DNA from: Eubacteriales bacterium
GTDB lineage: Bacteria; Bacillota; Clostridia; Oscillospirales; CAG-272
Length of the DNA stretch: 64,000 nucleotides
Direction of reading: 5' to 3'
Assembly: GCA_045531965.1 (NCBI GenBank)
Contig: JAZSFA010000078.1
Location: forward strand, 1,091 to 65,090
The notes under the pieces are model-generated. The model saw nothing but the letters and a program-made list of their open reading frames with translations, was not told the origin of the DNA and did not search any database. Shown here piece by piece: positions 8,444-18,655 of the stretch (positions are counted from its first letter, which is position 1; the number at the start of each line of letters is the position of its first letter). Position numbers and translations under genes: made by a program.

Positions 8444-9442
8444 ATGGCAAAATTTGAAGGTTACGAGAGACGCGAAGCGAAGATCCTCGCCGCTCTCGCT
8501 GAATACGGTATCAACTCCATTGACGAGTGTAAGGAAATCTGCGACGCTTACGGCATCGATCCCTACAAGATCGTCGAAGAAACCCAGCCCATCTGCTTCG
8601 AGAACGCTAAGTGGGCATACGTTGTAGGCGCAGCCATCGCCATCAAGAAGGGCTGCACCAAGGCTTCCGACGCCGCTGCCGCTATCGGTATCGGTCTGCA
8701 GGCTTTCTGCATTCCCGGCTCTGTTGCTGAGAACAGAAAGGTTGGTCTCGGTCACGGCAACCTGGGCAAGATGCTCCTCTCCGAGGAGACCGAGTGCTTC
8801 TGCTTCCTCGCCGGTCACGAGTCCTTCGCCGCCGCTGAGGGTGCTATCAAGATCGCGCTCAACGCTAACAAGGTTCGTACCCAGCCCCTCCGCGTCATTC
8901 TGAACGGTTTGGGCAAGGACGCCGCTTACATCATCGCTCGTATCAACGGCTTCACCTACGTCAAGACCGCCTTCGATCCCTACACCGAGACCGTCACCGT
9001 TCTCGAGGAGAAGCCCTTCTCCAAGGGTCCCCGCGCTGACGTTCGCTGCTATGGCTCCGACAACGTCCCCGAGGGTGTGGCTATCATGAAGCTGGAGAAC
9101 GTCGGTGTGTCCATTACCGGTAACTCCACCAACCCCACCCGCTTCCAGCACCCCGTCGCAGGTACCTACAAGAAATGGTGCCAGGAGAACGGCGTGAGCT
9201 ACTTCTCCGTGGCTTCCGGTGGCGGTACCGGCCGTACCCTCCACCCCGATAACATGGCAGCAGGTCCTTCCTCCTACGGTATGACCGACACCATGGGCCG
9301 TATGCACTCCGACGCTCAGTTCGCAGGCTCCTCCTCCGTGCCCGCTCACGTTGAGATGATGGGTCTGATCGGCGCAGGTAACAACCCCATGGTTGGTATG
9401 ACCGTGGCTGTGGCTGTGGCTATCGAAGAGGCTTCCAAGTAA
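8444..9442 (+). CDS. GGGtGRT-family protein (function unknown)
   Basis: 332 aa. Contains the family-naming motif SGGGTGRT inside SVASGGGTGRTLHPDN. Codon choice is strongly biased. Confidence 0.85.
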   Translation: MAKFEGYERREAKILAALAEYGINSIDECKEICDAYGIDPYKIVEETQPICFENAKWAYVVGAAIAIKKGCTKASDAAAAIGIGLQAFCIPGSVAENRKVGLGHGNLGKMLLSEETECFCFLAGHESFAAAEGAIKIALNANKVRTQPLRVILNGLGKDAAYIIARINGFTYVKTAFDPYTETVTVLEEKPFSKGPRADVRCYGSDNVPEGVAIMKLENVGVSITGNSTNPTRFQHPVAGTYKKWCQENGVSYFSVASGGGTGRTLHPDNMAAGPSSYGMTDTMGRMHSDAQFAGSSSVPAHVEMMGLIGAGNNPMVGMTVAVAVAIEEASK

Positions 9443-9450
9443 TATCCACC

Positions 9451-9483
9451 GAACACCGTCCCCTGGGGACGGTGTTCTTTTTG
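9451..9483 (+). terminator. Intrinsic terminator after the GGGtGRT gene
   Basis: GAACACCGTCCCC/GGGGACGGTGTTC stem followed by TTTTT. Confidence 0.9.
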
Positions 9484-9506
9484 ACATGACAAATTTTCCG
9501 TATGGC

Positions 9507-9535
9507 TTGACGAATAATTATCTTCATGTTATAAT
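9507..9535 (+). promoter_or_regulatory. Sigma-A type promoter
   Basis: TTGACG, 17-nt spacer, TGtTATAAT. Confidence 0.65.
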
Positions 9536-9585
9536 GACCTTACCATCATTATCGCAATCGAATCAAGACCAAAGGAGAGAACGAC

Positions 9586-10170
9586 ATGTCAAAAATGTGC
9601 CCGCATTGCGGTGTGAAATACCAAAACAGCGCAACCAAATGCCTCATATGCAAAATTGAGCTTCCGGAAAACCACGGCCATAAGAAAATGAAGAAGCTGG
9701 TCTTCTCGGGAATTATTGGGATCGTGTTGGTCGGAATCGCCATCACTCTGGTATCGATGCTTACAGGTCCCAAAGCGGCAGTCCGAAGGATCGTGGAAGG
9801 CTTCAAGCAAAATGATCCCCAAGCAATCATGGCCATGCTCCCGGATTTCGTTCTGGAATCGGATAAGATCGACCGCCGGGAACTTGAGCTCGAAATGACG
9901 ACTGATTCTCTAACTCTGTCAAAATACATATTCTCCTACAACATTGAAGAGGTAAAGGATCCCACATCTCAGGAATGCGAGAAACTCATGGAGAACTTCC
10001 GCTACATTGCCGGAGAGGACTTTGATGATCGCGAAATCAAAGATATCAAGATCATTTGGGTCAATTATAAGGGCGATATTCCCGGCTTCTGGCCTTCCCA
10101 TGCCACGCGGTTCACAATGATCAAGTACCAAGGACGTTGGTACTGGTGGCCAGAAACTGTCAACAGATAA
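9586..10170 (+). CDS. Zinc-ribbon, single-pass membrane protein with an extracytoplasmic domain
   Basis: N-terminal CPHCG...CLIC zinc ribbon, then a TM helix (LVFSGIIGIVLVGIAITLVSML), then a soluble domain of about 130 aa. SD AAAGGAGAG. Confidence 0.7.
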   Translation: MSKMCPHCGVKYQNSATKCLICKIELPENHGHKKMKKLVFSGIIGIVLVGIAITLVSMLTGPKAAVRRIVEGFKQNDPQAIMAMLPDFVLESDKIDRRELELEMTTDSLTLSKYIFSYNIEEVKDPTSQECEKLMENFRYIAGEDFDDREIKDIKIIWVNYKGDIPGFWPSHATRFTMIKYQGRWYWWPETVNR

Positions 10171-10264
10171 TTGCTTATTTAACAATTTGTTTTCTTGTTG
10201 CTTTTTGCTTGATTGACATCGTAAGCCAATTGAGTAAAACTTGAAGCAAAAAGCCTAAACAGGG

Positions 10265-10293
10265 TTGACATTCCATCGAAAAAATGATAGAAT
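10265..10293 (+). promoter_or_regulatory. Sigma-A type promoter for the large TasA-like gene
   Basis: TTGACA, 17-nt spacer, TGaTAGAAT. Confidence 0.65.
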
Positions 10294-10337
10294 AAAATAT
10301 CTATATTATGTCATTATGTCGGGAAAGGAGAGCATAT

Positions 10338-11834
10338 ATGAAAACTTTAAAACGGATTAGTGCTTGTATAGGCATCTTCTTTATGTTTTGCTTTGTCTGT
10401 ATCGGTTACGCCGCCATTTCTGACAACCTTCTGATCACCGGTTCGGCGGAAACGGATATACCCTCGGGTTTGTTCATCGTAGACGTTTCGGTTGAAAGTG
10501 AGTCGTATGTTGATAAAAACACCGTGGAGTTTATTCCTTATACAACAACCGTCAAATCCACCATTAGCAGATCCAACCGTTATTACGAGGGCAAGGTTAC
10601 CTACAAGATCACCGTACTCAATAACACAAAGCTGACTTATTCGTACAGAGATATCTATTTCCAAGCGAATTTGAGCGGCTATAACGGAAACCAATATGTT
10701 TCAGGTTCCAACGGTTCTCGAAACATTGGCGTTGTGTGTGAATTGAAAGATGCCGACACAGCAGATAAGATCGTCAAACCCGGCGATACCCTCGAATTTG
10801 AGGTGACTTATACCGTTGGTACTAACAGAGACAGAAATACCAACTGGGCCACCATGATTAACTACCAGTTTGGTATCAACGTGGACGGAGAGAGAGAAGC
10901 CCTTGACGTCATTGAATCCAAGTTTTTGAATATCCTGAATACCCAGTCGACTTATGAACAACTGATTGATGTATTGGATAATAAGTTTGACGGTTATCAG
11001 GAATGGACCTCCAACTACATCGGAAACGTGCAGAGCTCCACCAGCGAAGACTCCGTTGCGGTCAACACCCTGTTTGCAGGTCAGTTGCAGATCACTGTCG
11101 GACAGGAAGATATGGATGCCACGGTACTGATCAAGCATGAAAATCTTGACGGAAACACCATGACAGGTGACGATTATACAGCCGTAAATTCGAGCAACGG
11201 AGGCGTGTTCAACGGATATGGCTGCGAAATGACTCTGTATCTGACCATCGACCCGTTGGAGAGAGCGGGGTCGTATGTGCCGGTGTACGTGGCGGTATTC
11301 ACCTGTGATCGGGATGAAAACGGCAATATTGTGAGTGACTGGTACAGAATCGGTGATACCTACGCCGGTGAAGCCAACGTGGTTTCCTACGAAGGCGGCA
11401 ACGGAACGGGTTCCTTCGTCACGGACAACTGGATAGCCTACCGAGAGACCTACACCATGGTCGAGGGTTATTCCTACGATATCAACGGTGCCGTTTATCA
11501 ACTTGATGCGTATACCTACGATATCGCCGCAGGTGTCAACATTGAAAGCATCGTCATGGCGCATGACGACAGAGCCGTCAGCATTTTCCAAACGCTCCTT
11601 GACGACGCGAAAAGGATCATTGATAGCCGTGAATTTGCGGGTGTAGGTATTGATCTCGTGGAAGAAGTCTATAGCAGTCTTTCCCGCTATTATACGTTGG
11701 ACGAGAACGGCAATCCCATTGCCAACGCTAGCTTGACCCGAAGCCAGTTCTCACCGGTGATCTCAGATCTTTACTACGTTGTCAGTGAGACCTTGATGAA
11801 AATGGAAGCTCTAACTCAACAACAACAGTCATAA
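10338..11834 (+). CDS. Secreted protein with a SipW-class signal peptide: a TasA/camelysin-like N-terminal beta-rich domain plus a C-terminal extension of about 300 aa
   Basis: ATG 10338 after AAAGGAG. The N-terminus MKTLKR + hydrophobic helix + GYAAISDNLLITGSA shares a junction motif with 12191..12691 and resembles the TasA/TapA junction. Alternating beta-type sequence (KVTYKITVLNNTKLTYSY, KPGDTLEFEVTYTV). Confidence 0.65.
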   Translation: MKTLKRISACIGIFFMFCFVCIGYAAISDNLLITGSAETDIPSGLFIVDVSVESESYVDKNTVEFIPYTTTVKSTISRSNRYYEGKVTYKITVLNNTKLTYSYRDIYFQANLSGYNGNQYVSGSNGSRNIGVVCELKDADTADKIVKPGDTLEFEVTYTVGTNRDRNTNWATMINYQFGINVDGEREALDVIESKFLNILNTQSTYEQLIDVLDNKFDGYQEWTSNYIGNVQSSTSEDSVAVNTLFAGQLQITVGQEDMDATVLIKHENLDGNTMTGDDYTAVNSSNGGVFNGYGCEMTLYLTIDPLERAGSYVPVYVAVFTCDRDENGNIVSDWYRIGDTYAGEANVVSYEGGNGTGSFVTDNWIAYRETYTMVEGYSYDINGAVYQLDAYTYDIAAGVNIESIVMAHDDRAVSIFQTLLDDAKRIIDSREFAGVGIDLVEEVYSSLSRYYTLDENGNPIANASLTRSQFSPVISDLYYVVSETLMKMEALTQQQQS

Positions 11835-11865
11835 AAGCTTAATAAACGATATCATTACTAGCTAT

Positions 11866-11913
11866 AGAGCTGTTTCAAGCACAGATGACAAAGCGTTTGA
11901 AACAGCTCTTTTG
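11866..11913 (+). terminator. Intrinsic terminator after the large TasA-like gene
   Basis: AGAGCTGTTTCAA/TTGAAACAGCTCT 13-bp stem, then TTTTG. Confidence 0.8.
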
Positions 11914-12042
11914 TATTTCAAGTTCAAAGCGCACCGTTTCTTTGACCATCCACAACCGCTCATATGTTATATCATGAGCTAAAGATAGCAAGATTTGTGT
12001 TTTTTAACAAATTTTTCATTGCATTTTTGTGACAATGGTTGA

Positions 12043-12071
12043 TTGAAAAATGCAATCATTGATGATATAAT
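12043..12071 (+). promoter_or_regulatory. Sigma-A type promoter for the small TasA-like gene and downstream operon, overlapped by an inverted repeat
   Basis: TTGAAA (12043-12048), 17-nt spacer, TGaTATAAT (12066-12071). A perfect 11-bp inverted repeat, ATTGCATTTTT (12018-12028) / AAAAATGCAAT (12046-12056), overlaps the -35. Confidence 0.6.
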
Positions 12072-12190
12072 ACATTTGAAAAAGACTTTATTTCAGTAAA
12101 GTTTTTCTTCTATTATGTATATCCCATAAAGCCTCAGGCTTTATTCGATATAAAATGCCCACAATTTTTTCTATTCAAAGGAGAACAACC

Positions 12191-12691
12191 ATGAAAAAAA
12201 GAAGATCAGTTGTGATCGCATTCCTGCTCATCGCCGCTTTGGTCATGGGTATCGGTTACGCCGCTTTGACCGACGTACTGGACATTACCGGTAGCGCCGA
12301 CATCAACCAGTCCGCCGCTGAAGATTCCTTCAACGACGATATTTTCTTCACTGCTGCCGTCGCTAATCAGACCGGCAACACTGCTTCTGTCAATGCTGAC
12401 AACAATGACAAGGCTTCCTTCACCGCAAACACCCTCAAGGGTAAGGATGACACCGCAACCTTCACCTTCACCATCAAGAACAACGGTGACCTGGATGCCA
12501 TGATTACCCCCAGCATCTCCAGCAACACTCAGCCCGAATACTTTGAGTTGAGCAGCGATTGGAATGGTCAGCCTACCGAACTGAAGGCCGGTCAGGAAGT
12601 TACTTACACTGTTACTGTTAAGTTGCTCCAGACCCCCACTGCAACCCTCGGCGGCTCCTTCATCATTGAGTTGACTGCTGTTGCAGAATAA
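12191..12691 (+). CDS. Small secreted TasA/camelysin-like protein (candidate major fibre subunit) with a SipW-class signal peptide
   Basis: ATG 12191 after AAAGGAG. MKKRRS + hydrophobic helix + GIGYAALTDVLDITGSA. About 140 aa mature, beta-rich, no Cys (TATFTFTIKNNGDLDAMI, KAGQEVTYTVTVKL). Confidence 0.7.
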   Translation: MKKRRSVVIAFLLIAALVMGIGYAALTDVLDITGSADINQSAAEDSFNDDIFFTAAVANQTGNTASVNADNNDKASFTANTLKGKDDTATFTFTIKNNGDLDAMITPSISSNTQPEYFELSSDWNGQPTELKAGQEVTYTVTVKLLQTPTATLGGSFIIELTAVAE

Positions 12692-12769
12692 TTTCAGATA
12701 ACATTTCAACATAGCGATTCAAGTCTTTTACAAGTAAAGTTCAACCTTTGAACGGAAAGGAGGACGCTT

Positions 12770-13894
12770 ATGAACCGCGACGTAAAACGAGTCATCATTT
12801 TATCAGCGATCATTTGCGTTCTCCTGCTTGGTTCGCTGCTTATCCCCGTAGAGCAGAGTGGGATACTGGGTGCTTGCCTTTTGGTTCCCGCGGCTCTCGT
12901 GGTGTTCTTCACCGTCAAAAAAAGACGGATCCCCTCCATCAATAAATACCAGGTTCTGCTGATCGTGGGCGTCTGCGGAATGCTCTACATCATGCTCTAC
13001 TATCTCCTGGGTCTCCATTTCGGTATGGGTCGGAGATCGCAGAGCATGAGTTGGGGATCGTTTTTGAGCGGTGTTTTGCCGATCATTTTGAGTATCATAG
13101 CGTCCGAAATCATAAGAGTGGTACTACTTTCTCAAAAAATCCGTTTCGCTTCCGTTATGTCCTATATCATCTGCGTTGCCACAGATCTTTTGATGGCAGG
13201 CGGTCTCATAGGCGTTAAGGGATTTAACGATTTTATGGATCTCGTAGGACTGGCAGGACTGTCGGCTGTCACAAGCCATATTCTATACCACTACTTAGCT
13301 AAACGATACGGGGTTCTCCCCGGATTGCTTCTTCGCTTGATGCTTGCTCTTTATTCCATCATCATCCCCGTAGTGCCGTTGGTTCCCGATGCTCTCAAGG
13401 CTATGGGCGGTCTTCTCTTCCCTCTGTTTGTCTACTTGTTTGTGGATATGCTGTATGAGAAAAAGAAAATCACGCACAAAAAACCCGGAGCGCTGTCATA
13501 TATATGCGGTGGCGTGGTGGTGGTTCTTATGATTTCGATCGTTATGATCGTGTCCTGTCAATTCCGGATTGGCGCGCTCGTCATTGGCTCCGGTAGTATG
13601 ACCGGAGAACTAAACGTAGGAGATGCCGCTGTTTATGAGCGGTACGACGGACAGGTAATTAACGAAGGAGACGTTATCGTCTTCCGCTCGGGTAATACCC
13701 GAGTGATCCATCGGGTCGTAGATATTAACAGTGTCAACGGTGAGTTGCGTTACGTAACTCGCGGCGATGCTAATGAAGATAACGATATAGGTTACAGAAC
13801 CCACGCTGATATTATTGGCGTTGTGCATTTCAAAGTGGCATATATCGGATATCCGTCCATATGGATCAGAGATATTTTCAAAAATAATTCATAG
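12770..13894 (+). CDS. Fusion protein: N-terminal polytopic membrane domain of about 8 TM helices plus a C-terminal ER/archaeal-type signal peptidase I (SipW-like, S26B)
   Basis: The C-terminal 110 aa carry IGSGSMTGELNVGDAAVYE (catalytic Ser box), GDVIVFRSGNTRVIHRVVD (His box) and VTRGDANEDND, which parallels B. subtilis SipW. Residues 1-235 are hydrophobic helices of no recognised family. SD AAAGGAGGA. Confidence 0.8.
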   Translation: MNRDVKRVIILSAIICVLLLGSLLIPVEQSGILGACLLVPAALVVFFTVKKRRIPSINKYQVLLIVGVCGMLYIMLYYLLGLHFGMGRRSQSMSWGSFLSGVLPIILSIIASEIIRVVLLSQKIRFASVMSYIICVATDLLMAGGLIGVKGFNDFMDLVGLAGLSAVTSHILYHYLAKRYGVLPGLLLRLMLALYSIIIPVVPLVPDALKAMGGLLFPLFVYLFVDMLYEKKKITHKKPGALSYICGGVVVVLMISIVMIVSCQFRIGALVIGSGSMTGELNVGDAAVYERYDGQVINEGDVIVFRSGNTRVIHRVVDINSVNGELRYVTRGDANEDNDIGYRTHADIIGVVHFKVAYIGYPSIWIRDIFKNNS

Positions 13895-13909
13895 AAGGGA
13901 GGTAGTCAT

Positions 13910-15733
<1,824 letters not shown>

Positions 15734-15745
15734 TTCCTTTATCGG

Positions 15746-15804
15746 GAGAATCAAGTGTGAATTAAAGAGGCTTCTCTTTGTTCCGCACTTGGTTCTCTTT
15801 TTTT
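15746..15804 (+). terminator. Intrinsic terminator ending the fibre-module operon
   Basis: GAGAATCAAGTG / CACTTGGTTCTC stem (one G-U) enclosing an inner hairpin AAAGAG-GCTT-CTCTTT, followed by T7. Confidence 0.65.
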
Positions 15805-15856
15805 ACAGAGAAAATACTGCACAAATTAAACGCTTGTTATTTAGGGAAAACGATTC

Positions 15857-15885
15857 TTGACACTAAAGCTCATTTATGGTATCAT
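15857..15885 (+). promoter_or_regulatory. Sigma-A type promoter for the DUF4091 lipoprotein gene
   Basis: TTGACA, 17-nt spacer, TGgTATCAT. Confidence 0.6.
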
Positions 15886-15917
15886 TATAGAATAGTATAT
15901 CACACTTGGAGGTCCCC

Positions 15918-18617
15918 ATGAAAAAGCATCTAAGCTTGTTCTTATCTCTTTTCTGCGTGTTGCTTTTGATCCTTGTATCCTGCGGGAAAAATGATCCCAC
16001 CGAGACCCAGCCCGCAGAGACTTCTCAACCGACCGATGAAGTCACAACGGCACCGACAGTCAGCACCGATCCTGAGCCCGACACCGCTCCCGTGACCAAC
16101 GAAGTGACTGTCGACAGCGAGAATCCCACCGAAGAACTCACTGAGGTGCTGACAGACACCTCCACCGAAGCGCTCACCACACCTGTCACCGAGTCAGAGA
16201 CCGACACGGAGCCTCAGCCTCCCGCCAACGTCAACGGCGACTGCGACAACGTATTTTGGAGTGAAACACGGAAAACTGTCGGTCAGGTAAGACTTGACTC
16301 AGTCAAGCACGAGATTAAACAATCAGAATATGCCAAAGCCGTCAGCAAGTCCGGGAACTGGAACGTAACCATCTCCCAAAATTCCGGTATGCTCCAGCTG
16401 TACGGTTGGATTGGTTTTAGTTTTGATCAGTTCGAACTGGGCTGGCGCATTGGCACAGATAGCGAAGCAACGTATATAACCGATCATGCCGCCATCGTCA
16501 CTCGCGAGGCTGCGGTTTTGCAAGCGGCAAAGAAGGAAGGATTCACCAATGCTACAGGCTTTAGCTATCTTCTCAACCTGAATGCGTTTAACAGTGGCGA
16601 CGAGGTGCATCTGTTCATCAAGGATACGTCCACCAATACCGTCTACTGCTTCTGCGAACTGACCATTAACATAAACACCGTGTCTGCCGATCTGTCCACC
16701 GACGCCTTGAAGGAAAAGTACGAGCTGGGCTACGGTTCCGATATGGATATGTCCGCCTATGATCCCATTCCTGACAAGGAGACCGTAGTTGCTCCCGACG
16801 ATGATCCCACCGTCTCCCTGTGGTTTGACCATATCACCGAGAAGGTCACCCGGTATGACACCTCCGGTAAGGATTCCGGCAAGGACAGTTACACCATTCA
16901 GATGGGCAAGAATGAGATTGAGGGTTGCCAGTTCTTCCTCTACGCTCCTACCAACAAGAAGATCCACATCAACATTTCGGACTTTACCAACGACAAAGGC
17001 GAGACCCTCCCCACCCAGTTGGGTGTGGAGTTTTACATGGAGGACGGCTACGTCACCCACAACGGCTTCCCCGCTTCCCTTGTCTACCCCGATGCCGTGA
17101 TTCCCTACGATTCCTATATCGCCTATTCCAGCAACACTGAAAGTGGTCGCTACGGTATGGACGCCAACAGTAAGATCGATTACGGTCCCTACGTGCTGAT
17201 CGGTCCCTTCTCGGGCTCCGACTGGAATCATGAGAAGTACCCCTTCCGTGACTCTGTTCGCGGCTTCGTGGTAGAGGCCGAGACCGCCAAGGACACTACC
17301 CCCGGCGCGTACAAGGCTACCATCGAGATCCTGGACGCCGACACGGGCAAGTGCATCAAGATGGCCAACGTCTATACCTACGTCTACGACGTGACTCTCT
17401 CCGACGAGACCGCCATGAATACCGCCTTTGGTCTGTGGGATATCGTCAGCGTCTATTATCAGCAGTACAACGAGAACCCCGACCGCCACCGCTACAGCGA
17501 CGTAGAGATCACCAAAGCCGTGGCTGAGTTCTTCCTCAAGAACCGCATCACCCTGACGGGCAGCATCACCTATTTCAACATGATGGGTACTGATTGGTTC
17601 AAGAACCCCCGTGTGACTTCTCTGCGCGTGCTAACCAAGGATCAGTACGACTCCATCAAGGGCGATCCCGTCCTTGCCAGAAAAATGTTCTACTACGGAC
17701 AAGACGAGCCGGGTGTTGCCCGTGGCTGGCGTCCCATCACCTGGCCCGATGGCACCTCCGAGAATATCTACGACAATACGGGTCTCTTGAGTGTCCTTGC
17801 CATCGCAAGAGAAGCTGACCAGCTGAAGAACGTCTGGGGCTGGGAGGATTACCGCCTGCTCGTTCCCTTCGAGCGTAACATTGACTTCAAGTCCTTCAAC
17901 TACAACAGTGTGGACAAAAACACCGCCTTCCCCGCATGGTACAACGATTACGCCGTCAACGGTGAGCGGGATGCCATTGAGTACCTTTCTAAACGAGGTG
18001 TGAGTATTTGGGTTCCCCACTTGTTCAGCTACACCCCCAGGGATCTGAAAAAGACCGCAGGCGCGCAGTTTATCCAGTCAGTTTCCATCGACTCCGCCTT
18101 CGGTGAGTTCTCCGACCGATTGCAGGGCTTTGTGGAGGCAGGCGGAGAACGCTGGAGTTACGTATCCTGCGAGCCCAAGTACACAAGCCCCTATCAGAAC
18201 ATCCTTCTGTTCAACGACGGCACCGAGGGACGCACCATGTTTTGGACGAATTATCTCAACGACGTCACGGGCTTCCTCTACTGGCACGTTTCCTACTATG
18301 ATGCCGCGGGCAACAACACCTACCAGATGCGCAACCCCGTCTCCAAGACGGGCCCCGGTGACGGTATCCTGGTCTATCCCGGTTCTGCCTACGGTCAGCT
18401 GGATCCCATTCCCTCCATCCGCCTGACCTATATGCGTGACGGCATCGAGGATTATCAGATGCTCACCATGCTGGAGGAAGTAAAGGGCGCAGAGTATACC
18501 GACGAGCTGGTCAGCCATATCACCACAAGCACCTTGAGCTACACCAGAGACGACGACGTGGTCTATAATGTCCACTCCTATCTCTTGAGAGTGCTTGAAG
18601 AGGCTTCCAAATCATAA
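15918..18617 (+). CDS. Large lipoprotein with a Thr/Pro/Glu-rich linker and a DUF4091 (GH123-like) glycoside-hydrolase-like C-terminal region
   Basis: ATG 15918 after GGAGG. Lipobox LILVSC|GK. About 90 aa of low-complexity T/P/E linker. C-terminal YMRDGIEDYQML and GDGILVYPG are typical of DUF4091 (from memory). Confidence 0.65.
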   Translation: MKKHLSLFLSLFCVLLLILVSCGKNDPTETQPAETSQPTDEVTTAPTVSTDPEPDTAPVTNEVTVDSENPTEELTEVLTDTSTEALTTPVTESETDTEPQPPANVNGDCDNVFWSETRKTVGQVRLDSVKHEIKQSEYAKAVSKSGNWNVTISQNSGMLQLYGWIGFSFDQFELGWRIGTDSEATYITDHAAIVTREAAVLQAAKKEGFTNATGFSYLLNLNAFNSGDEVHLFIKDTSTNTVYCFCELTININTVSADLSTDALKEKYELGYGSDMDMSAYDPIPDKETVVAPDDDPTVSLWFDHITEKVTRYDTSGKDSGKDSYTIQMGKNEIEGCQFFLYAPTNKKIHINISDFTNDKGETLPTQLGVEFYMEDGYVTHNGFPASLVYPDAVIPYDSYIAYSSNTESGRYGMDANSKIDYGPYVLIGPFSGSDWNHEKYPFRDSVRGFVVEAETAKDTTPGAYKATIEILDADTGKCIKMANVYTYVYDVTLSDETAMNTAFGLWDIVSVYYQQYNENPDRHRYSDVEITKAVAEFFLKNRITLTGSITYFNMMGTDWFKNPRVTSLRVLTKDQYDSIKGDPVLARKMFYYGQDEPGVARGWRPITWPDGTSENIYDNTGLLSVLAIAREADQLKNVWGWEDYRLLVPFERNIDFKSFNYNSVDKNTAFPAWYNDYAVNGERDAIEYLSKRGVSIWVPHLFSYTPRDLKKTAGAQFIQSVSIDSAFGEFSDRLQGFVEAGGERWSYVSCEPKYTSPYQNILLFNDGTEGRTMFWTNYLNDVTGFLYWHVSYYDAAGNNTYQMRNPVSKTGPGDGILVYPGSAYGQLDPIPSIRLTYMRDGIEDYQMLTMLEEVKGAEYTDELVSHITTSTLSYTRDDDVVYNVHSYLLRVLEEASKS

Positions 18618-18655
18618 AACACCAATCACGCTTAAACGACAACGAGGTATATCAC

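Noticed and set aside
7670-9487. A 605-aa ORF on the minus strand spanning the NifU-like and GGGtGRT genes.
   Set aside because: It is an antisense shadow of two strongly codon-biased genes. It crosses their intergenic region and terminator, and its product is G/V/T/D-rich with no motifs.
12770-13480. The N-terminal membrane domain of the peptidase fusion as a CPBP/CAAX-type intramembrane protease.
   Set aside because: The diagnostic EExxxR and FxxxH/HxxxN motifs are not present. It has only SEIIR (wrong spacing, single Glu) and SHILYH.
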